Source: Cystobasidiomycetes sp. EMM_F5 (lineage: Eukaryota). Taken from it: DNA of 64,000 bases. The notes beneath the pieces were generated by a model that was not told the DNA's origin, did not search any database, and saw only the letters and a list, made by a program, of their open reading frames with translations. Every line of letters begins with the position of its first letter. The stretch's first letter is position 1. The DNA lies in NCBI GenBank assembly GCA_051047955.1, contig JBPGPT010000006.1, positions 434,001-498,000 of the forward strand. Direction: 5' to 3'. The translations under genes and the position numbers were made by a program. Shown here in pieces: positions 53,333 through 64,000 of the stretch.

Positions 53333-54567
53333 TCAGCCATTGGACGCGCTGGGAAGGCGCGTTGTATCCCTGGCAGCCGCGTCTGTAAAGCCTTGCGTAG
53401 GTACTGTAGAGCCACCGAAGCCTCGGGCGCTGCGTCCTTCCTCTATTGCCATCTCCATCTCATCCGTGGTCTCTTCCGTCTCTTCCGAACCTGCCTTTCT
53501 TACGAAGACCATGGAGCCTGAGAACCAGTAGGTGGGCCATCGCCGTCGGCCGACATTCTGATGTAATTTACCCGAGTTAGCAGAAGCACCTTGCGACCGT
53601 GCAGAAGCCTACATTTATGATCATCGCCCATCCTAACATGACGAGCGAGGATATAAGCACGTTATATATGAGCCGCCACGACATTGCGACAGCTGCAGGT
53701 TGAACCGACGCGATGATAGCAGTGGCTCCACCGCTGGAAAAGAAATGTATGAGCGAGGATAGTGTTGCGGGGCATAAAACTCTTCGTTTTCGCTCACGGA
53801 GGGTGTACAGTTCCTGTAATCTGCATCAGCAGTAGTGATAATGCCATCGAAAGTGCGCCGTTCAGCCAAACGACATGATTCAATTCGCCGGACTGGGTAG
53901 TGTCATCGAGCTGATAGGCAGAAGCGAGGCGGAACAGTCGTGTCAAGCAGACTGCCAGTATGGCACTAAGCACTTGCCCGCCGACCAGATGACGAGGTTG
54001 TGCTAGCGGGGATTCAATCGATGCAAAGGACAGTACGGCAGAAGCACCGAAAGAGGCAACGATCAATATCGTGCCTTCGTTCGGGAAGCCGGCAGCGTTG
54101 ACAATCTCGATGAGGGCGATTCCCACAAAGCTGCCTATTGTCGATAGTATCCATGTCTCGTGTTTTAAGGAAAGATATTTAAGCCATGAGAAGGGTGGGA
54201 AGGGCAGCGGTTCGTACGGCGGTCCGGACTTTGGATCTCTATAGCCAGAGAATCTTCTGAGAAGAGCAGGTAAACGTGCTCTTACATCTTCACTGACTTT
54301 CCAACCATCAGTGAGCTTCCGAGATTTCGGTGTGTCGCGTTTGCCCGACGTTGGAGGAGGCGTCAGCTTATAGCCGGTGCCATTGTTTTGTCCTGGTGGT
54401 GCTGCAGCAGTAGACGGTGTCGGATCGTTGGAGTTCTGCAAAGCCGGCGGCCAATGGCCACCGTTGGAAGACGGATGCGACCGGTCCTGATGCCCTAGCT
54501 TGGAGGACCGTTGCTGTATTGCATTGGGCGGAGGAAGCGGTCCCGTAGACGCAAAGCTATTGGACAT
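53333..54567 (-). CDS. HPP family transmembrane protein
   Basis: VASFGASAVL...SPLAQPR...GGQ and TGTVHPP|GGATA. Last exon reads RRWPTYWF...SASNG-TGA. Confidence 0.9.
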
Positions 54568-54718
54568 GATGCAAGCTGCATGCTTGTCCAAGAAGGCAAT
54601 ACTGTCGTCGGTCTTTTTGGCCTGCCGCGTTCACGTGAAGACGGCCGCGCATAACATCGGATCACTTCTGGTCGTACATGCAGGCATACTGTGGGCGCAT
54701 ACCGTCCTTTAGACAAAT

Positions 54719-56135
54719 CTACGGCCTATGTAATGAGTCTACTGCCTCCGACAAGAGCTTGCCGACTTCTCCTAAGTGTTTTGCAACGCTAATCCCCGCG
54801 TCTTCCCAAATCTTCATTTTGGATAGCGTCTTTTCATGCTCCTGATGCCAAATGGCTCCCGAGTGACCATACATTCTGCTTTGTAGCGTCTGCTGCCCTG
54901 CCACAAAACCTACAACAGGCTTGGGTCTTATCCCGGCAGGCAGGTTCTTACGATACTCTTGTAAGACGCAAGCAGCCTCCTCTTCCACTGCGAGCGAGTC
55001 AAATCAGTACCTCCTGGATAGAGATCTCAGTGCGTACGAACTTTGGCCACCAATCTCGCCAACAAGGCAGATGACTATCGAATATTAATGAGCACAAGCA
55101 GAAAGAGGGCTTTTCGTTGCCTCACCTTTCGTCTTCGGGTCGTCTAACATCCAGGAAAGGGCTTCCCAAGTTCTCGTACTTGGAAAGGGATCACCCCCAA
55201 GACCAAAGACGACCGATTGTCCGAATCCTAGCTCGGATGTGCGAGAAGCCAGCTCATAAGATATCGTACCAGAGCGGGCGGCCAGACCTACATGTCATAT
55301 GTCAGCTACAGCTTGGGCTGGTCTGCGGTGTGCTTACCAACTATGCCTGGCTGATGCACCGCCAAGGGTTGTATACCAATCTTGAATTTGATGTGCGGTA
55401 AAATCATGCCGGGACAGTTTGCGCCTACTACACGGGATCGCTTTTGCGAACGCAGAGCGGCTTGCACCTGTCAGTATGTCAGCGACATGGCTTGTGCCAT
55501 ATGTAAGGCTACTTTCTCACCCTCAATTGATCCTGTGTAGGAATGCCTTCCGCAACCGCTACGATTAGCGGTATTTCTGCTTCGATGCAGTCTATCACGG
55601 CATCTGCCGCTCCTGACAATGGCACGAAGACGGAAGCACAGTAAGGTTTCTCACTTCGAACCGCCTAAGTCATAGCGTATTAATGACTTTCTGATGAAAA
55701 TCATAAGCTGTACTCACCTCTGAAAGGCTTGAGTAGACTGGCTTGCCCAGAAAGTCTCCACCCCTCCCAGGTGACACAGCAGCAACGATGTTTGTTCCAT
55801 ACTTTTGCCCCACGCCATGATGAAAGCTGGGTGGTGCAACAGGGTGAGTTGACTGTAAGCTATAATTAGAAGGGCAGACACTCCTCACGAAGACTGCCGT
55901 GTATATGGTGAGCACTTGTCGATGATGTAGCATTTACATTGCTCACAGCTTTTCCAGTCCCAATCGCCAACACGGGAGCGCCTTCTTTAACGTCAAAGTG
56001 GGAAATTGTCTGCTGGTATTGCTCGCGGACGGGCGCGAACGCAGCGCCCGACGAAGTCGACTGCCATCGCCGTTCGGCGCGTCTCAATGTCTTTTGTGCA
56101 TCGTTCCAGCGATACACTGAACGTCTTGCTTGCAT
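54719..56135 (-). CDS. Divergent succinyl-CoA-synthetase alpha-like subunit, probably mitochondrial
   Basis: Presequence ...RRWQST, YGTNIVAAVSPG, SVFVP, AEGIP, GANCPG, ARSGTISYE, GLGGDPF, VGEIGG and phospho-His motif YGHSGA. Confidence 0.88.
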
Positions 56136-56273
56136 CAGTATTGTACAAAGGTCAGAAATGCAAACCAGTTGGTTTGGCTCTTGCGCGCGGGCGGGCGAAG
56201 CACGCGGAGCTCCACTTTCGTAGAAAACGCCGACCGCCATGGCTTTGCTTAATTTCTGCTGTGACTACCATCT

Positions 56274-57539
56274 ATGGCCTCCAATGTTCATAGCACCATT
56301 CCCAGGCTCTCCCGAATCGCTCGTTCAGCAAAGTGCAGCTGCCGCCGGCTCCACCTGGACAGCCGACAGTCGCAAACGCTGCTAGAAAAGGTACGCTGGC
56401 TGGCTGCCCTGGATATCTAGCTAAATCCACGGCACAGTACGGCTTGTCCACATCTGAAGCGAGCTCGTCCATCCGGAACCAAGATACCTGGACTCTGCGA
56501 CTGCTGCCGTCGCGGGCCTTTCACAAACCTGTCCTTGTGTGCAAATCAGCCAAGGGCACAGAAAGCACCTTAGAACTCGATATCAATAATGAAGAAGTTG
56601 ACTCGGGCGGATTTCGCGTTTGGGCAAGCGATATGCACGTGGAGGCCGACCAGGTGAACGGCCTTCATGATATTGTCCAAAAGGTGTGGAAGGCTTGGCG
56701 CGGTGTGGATGCGATACAGATAGCATGCAATGTATCCGTGCGGAACAATGCATGGAAGGTGTAAGCCTTGTTGCTGCTGCTTGTCCCCACACCCAAAGCG
56801 TGAGCTAATCTGACGTGGAAACAGGGAATCTCCGACTGTAGAGATAGACAATTTTGCCTTCTATCGTCAGCCTGATCTGGCAGCTTTGGCCCCACATGCA
56901 CCCGCGCATCCGCTCGAAAAGCAAGCAGACCAGGACAACTTGTTTTACGTAAAGCATAAAGGTGGTAACATCGGGTGCTACGGTTACGGAGCGGGCAACG
57001 GAATGGCTACACTTGACGTGCTGGCCTCGATGGGCGCTAAGGTGCGTTCGCGCTTTTCAAGCTTCGATTCCCCGCTGACTTTGTCGAACGTAAAAAGCCC
57101 GCCAATTTTCTGGATGGAGGAGGCGGAGCTACCCCTCGGAATGTCCAGGCTGCTCTTGAAGTTCTAGCCGCAGACACTGATGTTCGAGCTATCTTCATCA
57201 ACGCTTTTGGCGGTCTTACAAAAGTAGTGAGTCCTGCGTGGTTTGGCAAACAAGCTCTTTAATCGATCTATTGCGTTGAAGGATCTCATCGCCAAAGGCC
57301 TTCTCGAATTTGCAAAAGCAAGAGAGGCGGCTGGTAATAAGATTGCGCCTGTCATAGCACGTCTGCGGGGAACCGGCGAGCAAGACGCGAACGATTTAGT
57401 AGGTAATAATGTAAATCTAAACAGGAGTGCCTCATGTAACACCTTCCTACAGCTAAATGGGCCGGAAGGTCTTCCATATATACAAGCGGTCAAAGACTTG
57501 GAAGAAGCGGCGCTAGCAGTCGCCCGCCTGGCTACATAG
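56274..57539 (+). CDS. Divergent succinyl-CoA-synthetase beta-like subunit with truncated ATP-grasp domain
   Basis: Presequence ...RRLHLDSRQSQTLLEK|YG, IDNFAFYRQPDL, GNIGCYGYGAGNGMATLD, PANFLDGGGGA, FINAFGG and VIARLRGT. Confidence 0.85.
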
Positions 57540-57551
57540 TATGATGTGATT

Positions 57552-57619
57552 CAACACAACACAACACAACACAACACAACACAACACAACACAATACAAC
57601 ACAACACAACACAACACAA
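57552..57619. repeat. (CAACA)n pentanucleotide microsatellite, ~13.5 copies
   Basis: Seen directly, with one C>T interruption at 57595. Lies between two convergent stop codons. Confidence 0.97.
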
Positions 57620-57660
57620 TTAAATTAGGATAGAATGTAAAGACCATACAATCACTGTTA

Positions 57661-60600
57661 CTAGCCGTCCCATTGCTGCACAACACTGCCTGTCCTTAGA
57701 TTCGAGGATTTACGAGGCTTCGGTAGATTACCTGCCAGCGACTGCCGCGTAGGACTCTGTAGTTGAGATTTTGATTCGAGCCGCATATCGTCTGGCATTG
57801 TTACAATGATTTCTCGGTCATCACCAAAGCGGAAATTGTCAGAAACGATGTCTGAATCGTATCGTCGAATTTTGTAGTCGAACAGTTGCCCCGCCTTGAT
57901 CTTGCGGACGTTCCATGCGACCACGAATGGACCGGTCGAGGTAACGATAGTCTTCTCCAGTCCGCCTGGCGCCGTATTGAATCTGTTGTGAAGGAAATAT
58001 CAGAGTCGTACTGTGAGCAACGTGCGGAAGATGACTTACTTTGCGGTCGTGAAATTGATCTGATGTGAACCAATTGCGAGTTCGTGTTCCGGCTTTAGAG
58101 CTAGCCTCTTTGGCTGAGGCTTAGCATTCGCAGGGAAACTGCGAGTAACTGTGTGCGCGGGGAACAGGGTGAGCTCGCTATCATGGATGCCGCAAAACAA
58201 CTTACACCCAGAGCTACCCTTGTAGCGCCCTTCAGTAATCTCGGTATCGATAAAGAGTAACGCCTTTGCCGTTGTGGCCACCATATATCGGCCATCGGCA
58301 GAGACGTCAATGCCTATGATGGCTTGTCCGAATGCGGGGAGTGCTGTCTTTGCGTTCTTTCCAATCGAATCGAATAGGCGCACTTCGCCCTTGTCGCTCG
58401 CCACAACTAGATGACCTGCTTCTGTAGTCGCCGCGGCCGAGAAGTTGGTCTTTGTCGATGCTGCATACTGCTTGAATTCGGATTCCACTAGCTTGGAACC
58501 AGACAATCGAGGATCGATACGGAAAATAGCATTCTTAGATGTACCGATGAATGTTTGCTGTTGGGTTGTCTGCGCGAACTTGCTGTCTGATAGGAAGTTG
58601 TTGATGTCTAGTCCGTCCTTCACTTTGAACTCGTCCACAACCTTGCCCGTTGTCAGATCCAGCTTGTACAGAGCACTGGAGTTGTGCGGATCCGATATAA
58701 TCATTGACATATCTTGATCATGCAGCATGACCTTGCCTGGGGTGAAAGTCGTTTTCGAACCAGGTTTTGCAATACCAGCAATGTTTGTCACAAACTGTAC
58801 GTATATTTGTTTAGCTTTCATCTTCACGCATCTAAAACTTCTGCCACGCACTTTCAGCTTCTTCCCGGTTCCTTTCTGGTTTTCGAAAACGCCAATCATA
58901 TCGCCGCGCACGACGAAGGACAGGCCCTTGTAGCCCACAGCCAACAGGGAATTCTTTGCACCGTTGGTTTGTCCAGAAGGCTGATCCTCGTCAGTCTCGG
59001 TCTCTGTTGATTCCTCCTCTTCCGAATAAAGCTCCTCTAAAGGTGGGTCCTGGGCCGGTTCCTCATCCTCTTCTTCGTAGTATGGCTCGGCATCTTCCAT
59101 CTCGACGTCAGCTGCGTATATCTGCCGGAAGTATTGCTGTTCGTCAGGCTGTAAAGCATGTTTACAGGTTAGCATGTACAGCATGATGTAGTGAGTGGCG
59201 TACTTACCTTATTCTTTCGCCAGCTCCCATAGCCGTTGTTAGCCTCGAAGATACCCTGGGTGAATGCGTCGTTCATCTTCTCATAGGTAGCTCGATCGTT
59301 GTATTTGAGCAACCACGTGAAGCTCTGGTCGGTTTTCTCGTTGACTATTGAGACAATGACTGAGCAGGAACCGCTGTCGAAATGGATGGGTAAGCCGCCC
59401 TTGATAGCTATGCTGATCCAGACGTAACCATCATTTCCGGCCACTGACAGCCAACATGAGTAGTCTTTGTGCTGGACAAGCCAGAGAGACGTGACGACGG
59501 CATTTTCTTGTAGCATGAACATTCCAGTTGCAGCGTCGTAGAGATTGATATCGCATGTCTCGGTTATCAGAAGTTGTCGGCCGTCCGGAGGATCTCGAGT
59601 CGCATTGCTGATGTCTTGCTTGCTCGGCGCAGGATCAGCCTCAGGCTCCGGCTCAGCCTCAGCAACTTGAGCTCCGCGGAGAGGTGCTGATCCTGATGAT
59701 GGCGGGGCTAGAGCAGGTGTAGCCAAATATTCGTTCAAGTCTCGGGACTTGCCCTTATCTTCGTACGATGTGCGAATTGGCGGCTGTGGGGATGCACTGA
59801 CTCGTCGAGGCGGACTGCTTGCAGAATCTGCTTTCGAAGGCGACGATGCGATCGAGGCGGCTTGACCCCTGGCGCTGCCAGGGGAAACCTGGAGTTTAGC
59901 AATCTGCGAAGTCAGCTGGTCTGCAACTTCGTCATCGGAGGACGATGACGGTGACGGTGCACGGAAGAGTGGGGTCTTCTTGATGGGCGACGGTGTTTTG
60001 GTATGGGTAGAGCGAGGCTTGGGAGTAGCAGCAGTGACTGGAACCGCAACAGGCTTTGGCGCCTGCGGCTCGACGAAACGGCTTGACACGTTGAAATCAG
60101 CATGCGTTTACAGTGTAAGCGCAGAGCTCGGTCGTACCGGTATTGAAGTAGTTCTGCTCGGGACACATTCTTTGCGTCTGCCATGTTGTCGACTTCCCAC
60201 ATGCATCGGTAAATGGTCATTTCGAACTCTTCGCGTTCTTCTTTGGTTGCATCTTCCACGACGAGCATGTATGAATCTTCTTCGGATACGGAGTCGACGT
60301 ACGTGTATGCGATAGCATCGGGGGAGTCCGAGTCCGCCGCACTAGCAGGCTGTATTGTGAATTGCATCCGAGCGTCAATGAGCTGGTAATATTCATCCAC
60401 GCCTAGTGAAGGCGATACATCAGTATTGAACCTCTTCCCTGAAACGGATTGCTCACTTTCAGCCTCTTCGCCCAACAGTTGTGCTTCTTCGCCTGATACG
60501 CTTCTTTGCGCAATCAGTTCGAACTGGTAAGGTTTGGATGTGCTCCGAATGGACGCCGTCGCTGTTTGAAAGCTTCGAGTCGTGATCATTGCGTCAGGAT

Positions 60601-60884
60601 TCAAACGTGCTTTCCGTTTATTGATGCCGCTCACAGGCATTCTTTCGAGCCCTTGACGGTGATTGTCGGCCGGACGAGGTAGAAGCATCCTTCAATCTTT
60701 GCCAGCTCTTGATTGGCAGCATTCGTCCCGATGACTTTGCCGTAGACTAGACAATGAAGGTCGTCAGACGCCATATCATCGTCATTCCGCAGGAACAGGC
60801 TACTCACGGCTCCTGATCTGGCAGTATGGACCGTGTCTCAGCAATTCAGACGCGCCAGCCTGCAATGATACTCACCATATTCAT
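57661..60884 (-). CDS. VID27: Vacuolar import and degradation protein 27
   Basis: N-terminal CFYLVRP...KGSKECL, PH-like region, NSLLAVGYK, KVMLHDQD, FRIDPRLSG, KNAKTALP and NFRFGDDREIIV. Confidence 0.93.
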
Positions 60885-61093
60885 GACGGGCAACTATGGT
60901 CAGCGCTTTGGACAGAATTGGCTGGTCTGCAGGAGTAATGCCCGCGTGGCGTACTGTAAACATAAACGTGATCGAAGTCGACGTGGACAGCTGCAGGAGA
61001 CGAAGGGACCCAGACGCGCGGTAACGAAGAACAATCGGGGATACATTACTTCTATATCGTTACTTTCGTCATATACATCATCATTCGTCAAGC

Positions 61094-63307
61094 TCATAAT
61101 GACGGCAGATCGTCCTTCTTCTGCATTTCGAAAGATTCCAAATGAGTGTACAGACTTGTTCTATTGAGAGGGCCGAGTGGACTGAAAGCCGTGAGAGGAC
61201 TGTATGCTGCAGGCTGTCCTTTTGGCAATCCGAAATAGCCCGTGTTCACGCGAGGGCGCCCATGCTTTGGCTCGGTCTGCTCCTCACGCTCGTGCGTTAC
61301 CCAATCCATGATCTCCACCATAGTTGGGCCGCCCGCTATCAGACATTCCCCTGCGACCATCATGTCAGAGATGCTTGGGCCGAGGGAGACACAAAACAGT
61401 CATACCGTGAGCGTATCCTGGCAGATATCGAATGTTTCCCCCGTCTTCCGTATAGCGTGCTCCGTGATCTCGGAGATATCGGGCCGTGCGTTTTGCATTC
61501 AGTATTGAGTCATTCTCCGCCAGGAAGAACATGGTGGAATGCGGTTCTGTCACATTAGGTATTCTGTGCAAATTGTCAGTCATCTTGCTCGGACGTTGAG
61601 CATGGCCAACCTACTCTTCACACCATAGAATATTTGCACTCCAGTCGAAGTGCCGTTGCAGCATGAGCGCGATGCCAATCTCCTCACCCACGAAGTATCG
61701 CATTAAAATTTCGATGCCTGACTTGGGCGGCCGATACAGAAAGTTGTACGCGACGTGCGGCTCCCACAAACCTTTCAGTCGGTATCATAGTCAGTGAAGG
61801 CTCTCGTACAACCGGAGTTCTCAGCTTACAAAAGGTAACAGGATCCACCAGACAGGACCGCTTAACGAGATCCGGACAGTCCTTAAGTAGCCAAGCTGCA
61901 ACTATGGTGCCATTTGAATGGCTCAGGACCGTTATACCATCTTCGAAATGCCACCTTTTGACTAGATGACGAAGGCCAGCCGTAGTCTCGTTCTTCGTTG
62001 GTGGTTTCAGATGACCGGAATGAAACAAATTCATGGACAGATGCGGTTGTAAAAGGAGGATGACTGGACGAGCTTTCAATGCTGGATGTTGCTCGAAATA
62101 TGACAGGCAGGAAGCATACTGGGCCAGGCCCATCCCCAGTCCATGTATGAAGATCATCGGACGAGTCGCTTCAGTGCCATCGATCTTCCAATTGGGTGGC
62201 ATGCGAATAAGGTATTCGAGGCCGCCGTCGTGGACATGCTTGTAGCCGAAGCGTTTGGTGGATGATCGTATAAGTAGATTGAAGAAGCCTGTTACGAGGT
62301 ACTTGATGAGCGGTCTCGAGGTAGCGCGCACAGGGTCCAAGTGTAGGCGTATTGATCTGGCGTTACTCCTTCCTTCTGGCGCGGTCATCCCTGCTCGAGT
62401 CTCCACCATGTACAGACCGTGATAACAGAATGCCAGCTTGCCGGTCCACAAATCATCCTCATCGCTCTCGTGAAAGATGCTATCAACTTCGGCCAATTGA
62501 AGGGGAAGTTTCGGTTTCCCTTCCTTCTTCCACTCCTCTATTATCTCCTCGAGGCTCATGCCATAAAAGCTCCATGCTAGCCATTCGAGAATATTCTGAC
62601 GTTTCAACTCTTCCCAAGGAGTTCCCAAAAACCATTGCGAGAATTGGATTCGAAAGTCAATGGCTCGAGGGTCGTCTTTCGTCAAAGGATCGTTCCTCTC
62701 CATAAATGACAGTCTACTGAAATTTGCTCGACTGAATGTTGGGCGCCTTTCGCGAATACCGAGACTGCGCGATCTTTGACGCTGAGCTGTTGTGTGCTGC
62801 TCAATCGTAGCAGAGTCTTCCATCTTCATGCCGTCCTCAAGCGCGCGTGCCAGAGTCTGCCGCAAGAATGCATGATTGTATCTCGGCAGGTCAACTTTAC
62901 GCTGAATCTTCCTGACGAGCCAAGCATAGTAAATGGAGAAGAGGCACTCGATGACAGCGTACGCGAGTATGGACGAATGTAGGATGTGACCGCGCCCAGA
63001 AGCAGGCGGTAATGGCAATGGCAGAGGTATTGTTTTTGCAAACGCCGAAGTGGCGCCGGCCGACCACGCTACGTAGAGCCAGGCAGCTGGCGTTATTCCC
63101 CAGACCAACAGGACAATCTATGGACGCAATGTTAGTTGAAGTTCATCGTCGTTGGGGCTCTTCCGCAGCGCGACTCACACCTCGACAGGCTACTGCACTC
63201 CATGAAAATGTCCCAGCTGGCGGCCCTCCGGAAACGACTACCGTTTCAGCCCCTCGATGCGGCAGATGGGCATGAGCTGCGACTTCTTCCCGCTCTTCCG
63301 CGCCCAT
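61094..63307 (-). CDS. Membrane-anchored alpha/beta hydrolase
   Basis: N-terminal transmembrane segments, FIHGLGMG, nucleophile elbow SHSNGT, LVDPVTF, YNFLYR, ENDSI and a C-terminal HG. Confidence 0.82.
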
Positions 63308-64000
63308 CCCAGATATGTGCTTCCTGCAATGGCGCAGACTGAATCCTGCCGGAAGGATAGCAGCCAACGCTGCAGATCTCGTCGCGGCGACCGTCAAAGT
63401 CATTGAGAAGCGGCAATCCGATGACCATCGACGCACAGCTGGAGAGCAATTCAGGTGCACTCAAGAAAGCCGTCGAATCATACATTTCATCAGTTTTCGC
63501 TACTATCGACAGCGCATGCTGCTTGCTACTCTATCCGGCCTTGCCATTTCTGGCGGCCGCTGAATAAACTACGCCCATTGCAACAGGGTTTGCATTGGCT
63601 AACAAGAGAACATCATCGAGTGCAGATTGCTCACTAGAGCATCCACCTCGGTCTTGGTGTCTACGCCTCGGTGACGGGTTTCCGCAGTCCAGACACGAGA
63701 TGTCATGCTGGAAGCCAAATTGACGGCAGAGACCTCTCCAAGCAGTACTTGGCTTTAGCATATTTGTCCATGTCTCGCTACAAGACATCCGTTGAGAATG
63801 CATGTAGTGGCTCTTTTGTTTGCAGCGTTGCAGCTCTTTTACAGTACATCAGCAAATCAATGACGTTGTGCCCAGCGCCAACCATGGACACTTCTGATGA
63901 CTCCGCCAGCGCGGCAGATGATTCCAAAGATGTAGCATATGCTCGCAATGTCAGTCTGTCGCTGCAATTGCAGGATGCGTGTCGTGCGGGCGACACGACA

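Noticed and set aside
57552..57619. Repeat as a telomere or CRISPR array
   Set aside because: It is an internal, short, spacer-less pentamer flanked by genes.
63500..64000. Possible 3' end of a minus-strand gene at the window edge
   Set aside because: Splice-like signals are present, but no frame gives a recognisable product.

Overview
Gene-dense, intron-rich fungal nuclear DNA in the standard genetic code, with mostly ~50-80 nt GT-AG introns and CTRAC/CTRAT branch motifs. Gene content and intron density suggest a basidiomycete yeast (inference). About 30 protein-coding genes can be reconstructed by splicing ORF-track fragments: Tls1/C9orf78, a BCL7/Rtt102-like protein, a USP deubiquitinase, lipoate ligase, clathrin light chain, a beta-lactamase-fold hydrolase, Mpv17/PMP22, a Reb1-like Myb protein, Grr1, a GEN1/XPG nuclease, an F-box protein, a RhoGEF, RPL1, two tandem secreted ferritin-like proteins, an ER J-protein, ALG1, RPS12, HOG1, Ish1/Msc1, MCM10, DUF4267, an HPP protein, a succinyl-CoA-synthetase-like alpha/beta pair, VID27 and an alpha/beta hydrolase. 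No rRNA, tRNA, CRISPR array or transposon was recognised. The most unusual observations are: (1) a head-to-head SCS-like alpha/beta pair whose beta subunit appears to have lost its nucleotide-binding ATP-grasp core while alpha keeps its phospho-His motif; (2) two neighbouring divergent genes that each carry a ~300-370 nt intron with a 5'-proximal branch motif followed by 272 or 328 nt with no AG; (3) a candidate BCL7/Rtt102-like SWI/SNF ARP-module subunit; (4) an RPS12 start codon split by an intron. Family assignments come from motif recognition by eye, and exon boundaries are manual predictions.
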